DNA from: Oceanispirochaeta sp.
Lineage (GTDB): Bacteria; Spirochaetota; Spirochaetia; DSM-2461
NCBI GenBank assembly: GCA_963663385.2
Contig: CAXXXD010000002.1
Span: 256,001-320,000, forward strand
DNA length: 64,000 bases
Direction: 5' to 3'
The position numbers were made by a program, and so were the translations under genes. Below are positions 21,222 through 31,224 of this stretch, in pieces. The notes under the pieces are model-generated. The model was not told the origin of the DNA, did no database searches, and saw nothing but the letters and a program-made list of their open reading frames with translations. Each line of letters starts with the position of its first letter. Within the stretch, counting starts at the first letter, position 1.

Positions 21222-21671
21222 CTATATGATCTCCAGCGATTCAGTTTTCTGAAAATCAGAAATCAGATCAAAACGGCTGACCCTCACTTTCATCAGGGCA
21301 CAGTCGGGAGAATCATAAAAATCACCCAGTTCGGGAAAGCGTTTCAAAAAAAGGTCTCTCACAAATTTTCTGTCGTCATCCGGAGCCACTTCCGCCCGTC
21401 CCTTGACTTCAACACCGGTCAGTCCGTGAAGATCCTGAAGGCTGTTTTGCCGGTTGTCCACAAACAGGGACACTACAGGATGTTTGATCATGTTACTGAA
21501 TTTCCGTGTCGACCGGGGCGTTACAAAGAACAGCTCTCCCAGTCCGGTTGAGGTTATAAAACAGACTATCACGGAATGAGGCCCGTCTGGTCCCTGAGTG
21601 GATATAACGGCAAAAAGCTGCTGTAGGAATAGCCTGCTGACTTTTATTTTCAGTTCGTCGGAAGTACTCAT
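21222..21671 (-). CDS. Pyridoxamine 5'-phosphate oxidase-like FMN-binding protein
   Basis: AVIST..GPH, TPRSTRKFSNMIKHPVVSLFVD, VKGRAE; start moved to ATG 21671. Confidence 0.85.
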   Translation of the reverse strand: MSTSDELKIKVSRLFLQQLFAVISTQGPDGPHSVIVCFITSTGLGELFFVTPRSTRKFSNMIKHPVVSLFVDNRQNSLQDLHGLTGVEVKGRAEVAPDDDRKFVRDLFLKRFPELGDFYDSPDCALMKVRVSRFDLISDFQKTESLEII

Positions 21672-22013
21672 CTGTCTTTTTCCTTTCTCTGTTTGGATAT
21701 TTGTTATTTTTCTGTCTGCAAATAAGGGGAAAATATCCCATACCAATATCCAGTCTAGGAGAAACAGACGCTTTTTGCAAAATTGAACCCGGTTGTTATG
21801 ACTTAACCAAAATTAAACGTATTTACATCAATGGGCAGGGTCTTTTGGAATTCTGTAAAATATAAAAAAATCGTCCGGCATATGGTGCGGCAATGAACAG
21901 ATATTTTTCAAATAAAAACAAAAGTGCTCATAATGACGATTATATTGTCATCCCTGGAGCTGAAGATTTCAGGAATTTTGTCAGAAAACGGCTTCCGGGA
22001 CAAGTTTTGATTC

Positions 22014-22225
22014 TTTAACTATAATGAACCTTCCCGCAGGCTTATGGTAAAATCGAAAATCTGGGATAGAAAAAAGCCTCTGCTTATATTTGATGAACTC
22101 CATAAAATGGATCAGTGAAAATTGTTTTTGAAAGGTATATACGATACCGAAGGGATTCCTCCTTTCTGGAACCTCAGGAGGCTATGGAGCATATTCTTAA
22201 GGTCGGCGGATTTCCGGAATTCTCG
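22014..22225 (+). pseudogene. Remnant of an AAA+ ATP-binding protein (COG1373 / AAA_14-DUF4143 type)
   Basis: WDRKKPLLIFDELHKMDQ*KLFLKGIYDTEGIPP (TGA at 22116), then a frameshifted ILKVGGFPE; Walker A missing. Confidence 0.75.
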
Positions 22226-22235
22226 GGCGATAAAA

Positions 22236-22480
22236 TCATTCCGGAGACTGAACAACCTTCAGCATATAATCAATATTATCCATTAAAACTTTTATTTTCT
22301 TTTTGTGGCCGGCCATCTGAGATCCAATATCTTTACTGGAATCAGTCAAACGGAAAAATGACCGGTTGATTTCATTGCTCAGCTCGTTGGCTTTCCCCTG
22401 GTTTGAGTTAATACTCGTCATCTGTTCTTTCAGATTGTTCATTCTGCTGATAACATCGGCAACAGCATCTTTACTGACTC
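22236..22480 (-). pseudogene. Coiled-coil C-terminal gene remnant (possibly chemoreceptor-like)
   Basis: Heptad-like reading frame continuing upstream of the listed Met, with no RBS. Confidence 0.25.
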
Positions 22481-22710
22481 TTACCTGTCTACATAGGATT
22501 ATTTTTCCTTAAAATAATGAGAATCTAGTTTTGAAAATAAGTTATTTTAGTTCACATTTGGCGATGGCGCAATTTTTTTATTTATGAGGAGACGGGGTAC
22601 ATTCTCCGGTTATTGTTGCAATATACGATTACCATGCTGAATATTGTCAATTCAAATTAAGGCTTTGGATCGACAATATTTATAATAGACTGTAACCGGA
22701 GAATCCTCTT

Positions 22711-23166
22711 CTATTTCAAAGGAACACAAATCTCACAGTAATGGTTCTCCACCAGCTCCGGGATATAGCGCTCCATAATCGGCTTCGATGTATCCCATGA
22801 ATAACTCAGTGCCGCCAGTTCGGGAAAAATGCTGTTCCATCCATTTCTGACAGCTTCTTCAGTATGCTCTATTCTGAACACAGCATACTTCCCGCCGGGG
22901 AGACTGCCTGAACGGATATTTTCCCCGGTCGGTATAAAATCCTCCGGAATCACTATACAGGTATCATAACGGCATTTTCCGGGAGCTGTTGTTTCGGGAT
23001 TGTCCTGAGCAATCCCGAGGATAACTGAATCCCTTGTTAATAATTTGCTGGACTCTGCCCATTTTTTTAACTCTTCCATAATTATCCTGTTTCCCGCACC
23101 ATAAGGTCCGGTCTGCCGTAAATAGGCAATTCTGCCAGATGGGATATTTTCAGTTTTGATCTGCAT
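22711..23166 (-). CDS. GyrI-like small-molecule-binding protein (SbmC/GyrI family)
   Basis: IAYLRQTGPYG, DNPETTAPGKCRYDTC, LPGGKYAVF. Confidence 0.88.
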   Translation of the reverse strand: MQIKTENIPSGRIAYLRQTGPYGAGNRIIMEELKKWAESSKLLTRDSVILGIAQDNPETTAPGKCRYDTCIVIPEDFIPTGENIRSGSLPGGKYAVFRIEHTEEAVRNGWNSIFPELAALSYSWDTSKPIMERYIPELVENHYCEICVPLK

Positions 23167-23473
23167 AAAGTTCTTTCCTTAATATAAATAGTATTATGAT
23201 CGCGATACATACGGATAAGGTAAAAGCATTAAAAATAGAATGCAAGTTGATTTTTAAAATATTTTATATATGGGATTTAATTGGAATTGCAAAGGCGCAT
23301 CAGAATTGAACGCACCGTCCTGATGCAACTGATGCCGGTTCCCGATTACAGGAGGAATTTCAGCCGGGTGCAGTACTGTATTGAGATGGAAGCCGGTGTT
23401 GTTTTATGCCATAGTCAATCGAACCCGTCAGAATTCTCTTGCCAAAGTGTTTCAAGGGGATTATAGTATATTA

Positions 23474-23489
23474 GTTTTTACGTGAAAAC
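23474..23489. promoter_or_regulatory. Putative LacI operator 1
   Basis: GTTTTTACGTGAAAAC, a near-perfect palindrome upstream of the regulator; second copy at 24571. Confidence 0.65.
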
Positions 23490-23553
23490 GGATGAAACTT
23501 ATGCCACGTAGACAGACTGCAGAGGAGGGCGTCCCCGGGAGGACGGAGAACCA

Positions 23554-24552
23554 TTGGGCGTAACCATCAATGACGTAGCCAGAAAAGCGGGGGTTTCCCA
23601 TACCACCGTGTCCTGGGTGATCCACGATGATCCCCGGATTACCGGGGAAACCAAGAAGAAGGTCATGGCCGCAATCCGCGAACTCGACTACCATCCCAAT
23701 TATATGGCCCGGAGTCTGGTCAAAGGCAAAACCGATACCATCGCCGTTCTGGCGTCCTTTTTCTCATCCCCCTTTGAGATGGAAGTCCTCAAGGGAATGG
23801 AGAAGGTCGCGGACAGCCGGCTGCTGCGCTACAACCTGAATCTGTACACGACCCGGGATCGGGAGCATGAGGTGCTGATGGAGATCCTTAACGGCAAAAG
23901 GGCCGATGCGGCGATCCTCCTGAACAGAAAACCCGATAAGGAGGTACAGGACCGCTATGCCCGGGCCGGAATGCCCCTTATCCTGCTGGATGAATCGGTG
24001 CCGGGACTCCTTTCTGTCCGTCTGGACAATGAAAAGGGGGCCTTTCAGGCCACCCGGTATCTGCTGGAGAAGGGGCACAGGAGTATCGGCATTGTGATGG
24101 AGAAGCAGTCGACGGAAATCGACTACTGTCAGGAACAGCGGTATCGCGGTTTTGCCGGGGCTATGAAGGAAGCGGGTCTGCCCGCCGATGAATCCCGGAT
24201 TCTGGAGATTGAGGATTTTTACTTTGAAGAGGGCGAAGCCCTGCTGCGAAGGATTGACGAGGAGAAGCTCGATTTCGACGCCCTGCTCTGTGCCGCCGGG
24301 GATATTGTCGCCATGGGAATGATTTCCGAGGCCCGGAAACGGGGAATAGCCATCCCCGGCTCACTGGCGATTGTGGGATTTGATGATATTCAGGCCGCCT
24401 CGCTGGTGAGTCCCGCCCTGACAACGGTGCGTCAGCCTCTTTCGGAGATGGGAGCCCGGCTCCTGGAAGAGACCGTGAACCGGCTGGAAGGAAAAGGTGA
24501 GGTCCGGGATATTATATTTGAACCTGAACTGGTCATCCGGGAGTCGAGCTGA
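23554..24552 (+). CDS. LacI family transcriptional regulator
   Basis: TINDVARKAGVSHTTVS HTH, YHPNYMARSL hinge, GFDD...PALTTVRQP. Confidence 0.95.
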   Translation: MGVTINDVARKAGVSHTTVSWVIHDDPRITGETKKKVMAAIRELDYHPNYMARSLVKGKTDTIAVLASFFSSPFEMEVLKGMEKVADSRLLRYNLNLYTTRDREHEVLMEILNGKRADAAILLNRKPDKEVQDRYARAGMPLILLDESVPGLLSVRLDNEKGAFQATRYLLEKGHRSIGIVMEKQSTEIDYCQEQRYRGFAGAMKEAGLPADESRILEIEDFYFEEGEALLRRIDEEKLDFDALLCAAGDIVAMGMISEARKRGIAIPGSLAIVGFDDIQAASLVSPALTTVRQPLSEMGARLLEETVNRLEGKGEVRDIIFEPELVIRESS

Positions 24553-24570
24553 TATTTTATTTGCGATTAA

Positions 24571-24584
24571 TTTTCACGTGAAAA
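24571..24584. promoter_or_regulatory. Putative LacI operator 2
   Basis: Perfect palindrome TTTTCACGTGAAAA upstream of the sugar-binding protein gene. Confidence 0.7.
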
Positions 24585-24710
24585 CAGCCGTTTTTATGTG
24601 GAGTGAATCTTCCCTCGTAGAGGGGAAGCCCTCCGGGGCTATAGAGACTGTCCGAAGGCGTTCCGTTGAATATTACGATGTCCCGGATAGAAAAAAAGTG
24701 AGGTACTTTT

Positions 24711-25994
24711 ATGAAAAAACTTTTAACTGCCGGGCTGCTTCTTCTGCTGCCGTTCTCTTTCTGTTTTGCGGGAGGGCAGGCCGACTCTTCCGGTGACGGG
24801 GATGCCTCTGTCATTACTTTCGGTGTATTTGATGAGCTGATGGATGCCTACGGCGCTATCATCGAAACCGAGGATTTCAAGACCCGGTTTCCCGGTGTGA
24901 CCGTAGAGCTTTCCAAGTCCGACTGGGACGGTCATCATGAGAGGCTGGTTTCGGTCATTGCCGCGGGCGGCGGTTCCAACGATATCGAAGTGATCGACGA
25001 AGGTTTTATGGGTCAGTTTGTTACCGGCGGCGGTTTTACCGACCTCTCTCAGGCGCCCTTTGACGGGAATGAAGCAGTCAAAAAACTGGCTCCCTTCGCT
25101 GCGGCCAATGCCCGGACGAATGAGGGCGCCCTTATCGCCCTGCCGGTTGATATCGCTCCGGCTGTCATGTTCTACAGAGAGGATATGGCGTCGGCTTCAG
25201 GGTACGATTTTCAGAGAATGGGCTCCTGGGAGGAGTATCTGAAGGCGGGCCGGGCCGTGACCACCGACAGCAACGGCGACGGGGTGACCGACAGATGGAT
25301 GCTCTCTTCGGCGCAGGAACTGGCTCTGGTCTCCATCAGCAACGGAATCGGCTGCTGGATCGATGAAAAAGGCAACCTGCTGCAGCCCAGGTCCAAATTC
25401 ATCTCCATCCTGGAGCTGGTGGATGAGATTAATAAAACCGGAACCCATGCGGACTACGATGCCTGGACCGAACCCTGGGAATCCGGTTTTTCCGAGGGCA
25501 GTTTCGCTACCTCCCTCATGGGAGCCTGGTTCGCCGGAGCCCTGAAGGGCTGGATGGCCGCCGATCAGGCAGGCGAGTGGAGAGTCGGCTACATCCCGGG
25601 CGGCGCTTATATCAACATGGGCGGTTCCTTCCTGGGAATTCCCGAGAGTGTGGATGAAGCGAAGAAGCCTGCAGCCTATGAGATCATGAAGTACATCTGT
25701 ACCAATCAGGATGCCCAGATGTCCACTCTGATGATGATCGGTTCTTTCCCCGCTCTGACCAGCTGTTTTGACGACCCCCGTATGGCCGGAGGAGACGACT
25801 TCTTCGGCGGACAGGAAGTACGCCTCCTTTTTGCCGATGTGGCTAAAAATATCCCTCCCGTTTCCTCAGGAGAGTACGACCAGATGGCCCGCGGTTTCTG
25901 GCAGAGTGCGGTGACCGGTGTCGCTGCCGGTGAATACAACCCCGAAGAGGCCTATCAGTACGTTGTGGACAACCTGAAAGCCAGTATGGATTGA
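24711..25994 (+). CDS. Carbohydrate ABC transporter substrate-binding protein (CUT1)
   Basis: Signal peptide ending FAGGQ, ALPVDIAP, MGAWF, NMGGSFLGIP. Confidence 0.9.
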   Translation: MKKLLTAGLLLLLPFSFCFAGGQADSSGDGDASVITFGVFDELMDAYGAIIETEDFKTRFPGVTVELSKSDWDGHHERLVSVIAAGGGSNDIEVIDEGFMGQFVTGGGFTDLSQAPFDGNEAVKKLAPFAAANARTNEGALIALPVDIAPAVMFYREDMASASGYDFQRMGSWEEYLKAGRAVTTDSNGDGVTDRWMLSSAQELALVSISNGIGCWIDEKGNLLQPRSKFISILELVDEINKTGTHADYDAWTEPWESGFSEGSFATSLMGAWFAGALKGWMAADQAGEWRVGYIPGGAYINMGGSFLGIPESVDEAKKPAAYEIMKYICTNQDAQMSTLMMIGSFPALTSCFDDPRMAGGDDFFGGQEVRLLFADVAKNIPPVSSGEYDQMARGFWQSAVTGVAAGEYNPEEAYQYVVDNLKASMD

Positions 25995-25995
25995 T

Positions 25996-26090
25996 CCGGG
26001 AATTCCCGGTTGATCAGGGCGGAGAGGGTTTCTCTCTCCGCCGGATAATTCCGTCCCTCCGGGAGAAGGCATCGGATCTCCTTCCGGGGA
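25996..26090 (+). other. Cluster of intercistronic stem-loops after the SBP gene
   Basis: CCGGGAATTCCCGG palindrome and GGCGGAGAG..CTCTCCGCC hairpin, as often seen after ABC SBP genes. Confidence 0.5.
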
Positions 26091-26110
26091 ATTTTAATAA
26101 AGGATTTTCA

Positions 26111-26947
26111 ATGAACTCGTTACACGGTATGACAGGAAAAATCGCAACCTACTTTTTTCTTATACTTTTTGCCTTTCTGTTCGTATTCCCCTTTTACTAT
26201 ATCTTTGTCCTGGCCAGCTGGCCCGATTCCAATATGTTCACCGTCCCTCCCCATATGACCTTTGGAAACGGCTGGTCGGAGAACTGGCAGCATCTGTTTC
26301 ACGAGGTCCCTTCGTTCTGGAGGAATTTTTTCAACAGTGTCATGATTTCCACAATTAATACGGCGGCGGTACTGTTTTTCTGCACCATGGGGGGGGCCGC
26401 TTTCGCCCTGTACAGGTTCAAAGGCCGTGAGATGCTGTTTAAGCTGATCCTCGTTACCTTTATGATCCCCGCTTCCCTTAACATCATCCCCTTTTTTCAG
26501 ATCGTCATTAAGCTGGGATGGATGAATACCTGGTACCCTCTGATCGTACCGGGGATGGCCAATGTTTTCGGTATATTCCTGATGACCCAGTTTATAAAGA
26601 CTTCCGTCCCTGTCGAACTGATGCATGCCGCCCGCATTGACGGGATGGGGGAATTCCGCATACTGCTGGCAATTGTATTTCCTCTGGCCAAAGCCGGTCT
26701 GGCCATCCTGGGGATGCTGACTTTTCTGGGAACCTGGAACGACTTCCTCCTTCCCCTGATCCTGCTGCGGAAGACCGAGATCACCACCCTCCCGATCATT
26801 CTCTCTTCCCTCAGGTCCCGTTCGGGAGGAGGGACCGGTTCGATGATGGTGGGCAATGCCATAGCGGTTATGCCTCTGACCCTGGTTCTGATCTTTTTTT
26901 CCAGGCAGATGATCGCCAATCTGACCGCCGGGAGCATTAAAGGATAA
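26111..26947 (+). CDS. Carbohydrate ABC permease (MalG/UgpE type)
   Basis: EAA loop ELMHAARIDGMGEF, WNDFLLPL; start moved to ATG 26111. Confidence 0.9.
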   Translation: MNSLHGMTGKIATYFFLILFAFLFVFPFYYIFVLASWPDSNMFTVPPHMTFGNGWSENWQHLFHEVPSFWRNFFNSVMISTINTAAVLFFCTMGGAAFALYRFKGREMLFKLILVTFMIPASLNIIPFFQIVIKLGWMNTWYPLIVPGMANVFGIFLMTQFIKTSVPVELMHAARIDGMGEFRILLAIVFPLAKAGLAILGMLTFLGTWNDFLLPLILLRKTEITTLPIILSSLRSRSGGGTGSMMVGNAIAVMPLTLVLIFFSRQMIANLTAGSIKG

Positions 26948-26950
26948 TAT

Positions 26951-27856
26951 ATGAAAATAAACAGCATAAAATGGACCCCCTACCTGTACATCCTCCCGTT
27001 CTTCATCCTCTTTCTGATATTCGGTGTGTACCCCATCGGCTATTCCGCCTGGATCTCCTTTTTCAAATGGGGCAATACGGGAGCCGTTGAGTTTGTGGGT
27101 ATGCGGAACTATTCACGGTTTTTCGGAGCCGAAAATGATCCCCTTTTTCTGATTTCCCTCAGGAATACACTGATACTGCTGGTTACGGGTTCTCTGCTTC
27201 AGCATTTTATCTCTCTGCCTCTGGCCATCTTTCTGAACCGGGGCTTTGTTAGGGGACGGGATTTTTTCAAGACCGTGTATTTTCTGCCCTATATTACCAG
27301 CGCCGTATCGGTGGCTATTATTTTTCAGCAGCTTTACAACCCCACCGTATCGGGGGCTCTGAACTTTCTGTTCAGCCTGGCGGGGATTAAGCCGATCCAT
27401 TGGCTACGGGATCCGGTGGCTATGAAAGGAGCCATTTCTATCATCCTGAACTGGCGTTTCATCGGTTATTACACCATTATCTATATGGCAGGGCTCCAGG
27501 GGATATCTCCAGAACTGTATGAAGCGGCCCGGATCGACGGGGCCGGAGAGTTTCAGCAGCACTGGCGGATCACGGTGCCCATGATGGTTCCTATCATCTT
27601 CTTCTCCGTGTCCATGAGTCTGATTTTCGGTATGCAGCTGTTTGCCGAACCCTATATGCTCTGCGGAGATTACAGGCAGATGGGCGGGGTGAAAAACTCA
27701 GGGCTTACCATGACCCTGCTGCTGATGACCCTGGGATTCAGGATGTCCCGGTTCGGCCGGGCATCGGCGGTCTCATGGCTGATGTTCTTGGTGATACTGG
27801 TGCTCACATTTGCCAACAAGTACATCACCGACAGACTGGACTATACAAAAGATTGA
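26951..27856 (+). CDS. Carbohydrate ABC permease (MalF/UgpA type)
   Basis: YFLPYITS, AGLQGISPELYEAARIDGA. Confidence 0.9.
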   Translation: MKINSIKWTPYLYILPFFILFLIFGVYPIGYSAWISFFKWGNTGAVEFVGMRNYSRFFGAENDPLFLISLRNTLILLVTGSLLQHFISLPLAIFLNRGFVRGRDFFKTVYFLPYITSAVSVAIIFQQLYNPTVSGALNFLFSLAGIKPIHWLRDPVAMKGAISIILNWRFIGYYTIIYMAGLQGISPELYEAARIDGAGEFQQHWRITVPMMVPIIFFSVSMSLIFGMQLFAEPYMLCGDYRQMGGVKNSGLTMTLLLMTLGFRMSRFGRASAVSWLMFLVILVLTFANKYITDRLDYTKD

Positions 27857-27902
27857 ACCGGAGCCTGGCATCTCAGGCATCCGGCTATAAGGTTAGGCTA
27901 TA

Positions 27903-29618
27903 ATGAAAGTTCTCTATAATCACATCGGCTATGAGCCGAAAGGTGAAACACGCATCATTCTGGAATCATCGGTTCCTTTACCCGACCAGCCCCGGGCTTT
28001 TCTGCTGGACGAGGCGGGAAGGACAACCGGCATGGACGGAGATATGAGTTTTCTGGGGGAGGTCTCCGGCTGGCAGGGACGGTTCTACTACGACTGGCCG
28101 TTTGACCTCCCCGATGCAGGGGAAGGCCGTTACCGTCTGATGATCCGCTCGGGCTCCGAATCCGTTCTCACCGACAGCTTTGAGATTCGGGCAGGCCTGT
28201 TTGCGGATCTTCTGATCACCGATATTCTATGCTACTTCCGTTCCGTCCGCTGCTCTGATGAGTACGACAGGCAGGACCGGAGTCTCCCCATCACGGGAAG
28301 TCAGGACCGCCGGGTGGATGTCCGGGGCGGATGGTACGATGCTTCGGGAGATGTGAGCAAGTACCTGAGTCATCTAAGCTATGCGAACTACATGAATCCC
28401 CAGCAGACACCGGCGGTGGTGTGGCTGATGAGTGAGGGCTTAGACTCCCTTCAGCGGGAGAGGCCCGGGCTGGCAGAAGCCAGGGAGTCCTGCTTTATCC
28501 GGGAGATCCTCCACGGGGCTGATTTCCTTATGCGGATGCAGGACCCGGAAGGATACTTCTATATGACTGTTTTCGATCAATGGTCGGGGGACAGCAGCCG
28601 GAGACAGATCTGCGCGTATAGAACCCAGCAGGGTGAACTGGTGGAGAGCTATCAGGCGGGGTTCCGTCAGGGGGGCGGTATGGCGGTGGCGGCCCTGGCC
28701 AGAACGGCGGGGCTGAAGCGGGAGGGGGTTTTCGGCAGCCGGGAGTATCTGGCGGCTGCCGAGAAGGGATTCGCTCACCTGCAGGAGCATAACTGTGCCT
28801 ATCTGGATGACGGACAGGAGAATATCATAGATGACTACTGCGCCCTGCTGGCGGCAGCAGAGCTCTTTGCGGTCACCGGATGCCCTGATTATCTGGAGGC
28901 GGCGGAGTTTCGGGCCGGGAATCTGATAAGCCGATTGTCCGAGGACGAGAACGGCCGCGGCTGGTGGCGGGCGGATGATAAGGGTGAGATTCCCTATTTT
29001 CATGCCGTTGAAGCGGGTCTGCCGGTTCTGGCTCTGATCCGGTTTGCCGAAGTCGCGGGGGACAGGACCGACCGGTCCTGTCTGAAGAGAGCCGTTACAG
29101 ACTCTCTGAGGTTTGAACTGTCCGTTACCGGGGAAGTGAACAATCCCTTCGGTTATCCCCGGCAGTATGTGAAACCTGTCAACGGGAAGAAACAGACGGC
29201 CTTCTTCTTTCCCCATGAGAATCCTTCGGGTTACTGGTGGCAGGGGGAGAATGCCCGGCTGGCTTCGCTGGCCATGGCCGCCCGGAAAGGACTCTCCTGT
29301 TTTGATGATACCTCGGATCGGGAGGCTCTGCGGGACTATGGAGATAATCTGCTGCACTGGATACTCGGCAGGAATCCCTTCGACCTGTGCATGCTCACCG
29401 GACGGGGACGCAATAATCCCGAAGCGGAACCCGGGCATCTGAATTTTCCCGGCGGAGTTATCAACGGGATTACCTCCCATCCGGAAGAAGAACAGGATAT
29501 CGCATTTCTGCCTGAGCCCTACGGCCGGGAGGGTATGCACCGCTGGCGCTGGTGCGAGCAGTGGATTCCCCATGCCGCCTGGCTTCTGGGCGTCCTTTGC
29601 ACGGGAATCGAAGGATGA
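27903..29618 (+). CDS. Glycoside hydrolase family 9, cytoplasmic, exo-beta-glucosaminidase-like
   Basis: DVRGGWYDASGDVSKYLSHLSYANYMNPQQTP, ENIIDDY, YWWQGENARL, WILGRNPF, EQWIPH; no signal peptide. Confidence 0.85.
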   Translation: MKVLYNHIGYEPKGETRIILESSVPLPDQPRAFLLDEAGRTTGMDGDMSFLGEVSGWQGRFYYDWPFDLPDAGEGRYRLMIRSGSESVLTDSFEIRAGLFADLLITDILCYFRSVRCSDEYDRQDRSLPITGSQDRRVDVRGGWYDASGDVSKYLSHLSYANYMNPQQTPAVVWLMSEGLDSLQRERPGLAEARESCFIREILHGADFLMRMQDPEGYFYMTVFDQWSGDSSRRQICAYRTQQGELVESYQAGFRQGGGMAVAALARTAGLKREGVFGSREYLAAAEKGFAHLQEHNCAYLDDGQENIIDDYCALLAAAELFAVTGCPDYLEAAEFRAGNLISRLSEDENGRGWWRADDKGEIPYFHAVEAGLPVLALIRFAEVAGDRTDRSCLKRAVTDSLRFELSVTGEVNNPFGYPRQYVKPVNGKKQTAFFFPHENPSGYWWQGENARLASLAMAARKGLSCFDDTSDREALRDYGDNLLHWILGRNPFDLCMLTGRGRNNPEAEPGHLNFPGGVINGITSHPEEEQDIAFLPEPYGREGMHRWRWCEQWIPHAAWLLGVLCTGIEG

Positions 29619-29815
29619 ACCGGACTGACCATTTTTATCCGAATCCCGTCTTCTTTCAGACCGGCTATGAGGCGGATCGGGATCTCTGGGAGAGTTATAA
29701 TCGCCCTGTACGGGAGCTCTGCACCCTGCTGACGGAAGGTGTCCGGCAGCCCCGGGGATTTTTCTGGGTGGACTTTCCCCTGCGGCGGGCCACTGAGGCT
29801 CCGGGGATCCGCTGA
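29615..29815 (+). pseudogene. Short ORF translationally coupled to GH9, possibly a truncated next operon gene
   Basis: ATGA overlap with the GH9 stop; 66 aa ending 5 nt from the convergent gene. Confidence 0.4.
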
Positions 29816-29819
29816 TATC

Positions 29820-30542
29820 CTACAGGACTTTTGAAAGGAAGTCTCTGGTCCTTTCATTCTGAGGATTGCCGAAAAGCTCTTCGGGCGGTCTGTTCTCAAC
29901 AATGACCCCCTCATCGATGAACAGAACCCTGTTGCTGACTTCTCTGGCAAAACCCATTTCGTGGGTGACCACCACCATGGTCATTCCCTCAGAGGCCAGC
30001 TGCTTGATAACATCAAGCACTTCTCCGACCATTTCGGGGTCAAGAGCGCTTGTGGGTTCGTCAAAAAGCATGATGTCAGGATTCATCGCAAGAGCTCTGG
30101 CGATGGCCACTCTCTGCTTCTGACCGCCGGAAAGACGGTTGGGATACTCATCTATCTTGTCAGAGAGACCGACCCGTTCAAGAAGTTCCGCCGCTTTGAC
30201 CTTTGCCTCTTCAGCGCTCATCTTCCCCAGTTTCACAGGCGCAAGGGTGATATTTTCCAGTACGGATTTATGGGGGAAAAGATTGAACTGCTGAAAAACC
30301 ATACCCACTTTCTCCCGGAGTCTATCCACATCCGTTTCCGGGGCGGTGATATCAGTCCCTTCGATAAAAATATGCCCCGACGTGGGCTCTTCAAGCAGAT
30401 TCAAGCATCTTAAAAAGGTGCTTTTCCCGCTTCCTGAAGGACCTATGACACTGATCACTTCTCCCGGATTAACCTGTTCGTTTATCCCTCTGAGGACTTC
30501 CAGTTTTCCGAAATATTTATGTAATTCGACGACTTTAATCAC
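29820..30542 (-). CDS. Polar amino acid ABC transporter ATP-binding protein (GlnQ/ArtR type)
   Basis: [35 protein letters not shown]. Confidence 0.95.
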   Translation of the reverse strand: MIKVVELHKYFGKLEVLRGINEQVNPGEVISVIGPSGSGKSTFLRCLNLLEEPTSGHIFIEGTDITAPETDVDRLREKVGMVFQQFNLFPHKSVLENITLAPVKLGKMSAEEAKVKAAELLERVGLSDKIDEYPNRLSGGQKQRVAIARALAMNPDIMLFDEPTSALDPEMVGEVLDVIKQLASEGMTMVVVTHEMGFAREVSNRVLFIDEGVIVENRPPEELFGNPQNERTRDFLSKVL

Positions 30543-31215
30543 TGTTCTTCATTCTCCTTTCGGCCCTGGAAAGCATATGGGAAAGGCTTAGGGTGAGTAT
30601 AAGATAGATAATCGCCGTGGCGATTAGGGGGATTGTCGCTTCATATGTAATGCTTCTTATCTTGTTCCCGGCCCGCATCAGATCGTTTCCGCCGATAAAA
30701 CCGATGATCGAGGTTTCTTTAAGCAGAACGATAAACTCGTTTCCAAGGGCCGGAAGGATATTCTTGACGGCCTGGGGCAGGATAATCTCCTGCATCGCCA
30801 TGCGGTGAGGCATTCCCAGGGAGCGGGCCGCCTCCATTTGTCCTTTCGAGACGGCCTGTATCCCCGCTCTGATGATTTCAGAGACATAGGCTCCCGAGTT
30901 TATTCCGAACGCAATGATGGCAGCCACGGTTTTGTTGATATCAAAGGATTGAAAAACAACAAAATAGATAATCAGCAGCTGAACCAGAACGGGGGTTCCT
31001 CTGATTAGTTCTGTATACGCTCTTGCGGTTAGATTGAGTACTCTTTTTCTGGACATCCTCATAAGGGCTATAACTGTACCCAGCACAACACCGAGGAAAA
31101 CGGCAAACAAGGTCACCACCAGGGTGACCTTAAGCCCGTTACACATAAGTGTTATGCCGTTGGGACCAGCCTCCCACAGCTCTTCAAAAAGAGTCCTTTT
31201 AACGGCATCTATCAA
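30535..31215 (-). CDS. Polar amino acid ABC permease
   Basis: [31 protein letters not shown]. Confidence 0.95.
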   Translation of the reverse strand: MIDAVKRTLFEELWEAGPNGITLMCNGLKVTLVVTLFAVFLGVVLGTVIALMRMSRKRVLNLTARAYTELIRGTPVLVQLLIIYFVVFQSFDINKTVAAIIAFGINSGAYVSEIIRAGIQAVSKGQMEAARSLGMPHRMAMQEIILPQAVKNILPALGNEFIVLLKETSIIGFIGGNDLMRAGNKIRSITYEATIPLIATAIIYLILTLSLSHMLSRAERRMKNSD

Positions 31216-31224
31216 AATCTTCTC

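Noticed and set aside
20575..22225. In-frame TGA codons in remnants, suggesting a recoded island or selenocysteine
   Set aside because: The same stretches use TGG and contain frameshifts and deletions, and TGA ends many intact genes here; simple decay explains it
25991..26110. N-terminal extension of the permease in the ORF track
   Set aside because: The region is hairpin-rich intercistronic sequence; ATG 26111 has an AAGGA RBS
24711..27856. Sugar ABC system without an ATPase gene
   Set aside because: Common for CUT1 systems that share an MsmK/MsmX-type ATPase
28440..29573. Long antisense ORFs (also 4659-5609, 19159-20118, 59789-60823 and others)
   Set aside because: They overlap well-supported genes on the opposite strand and have no motifs
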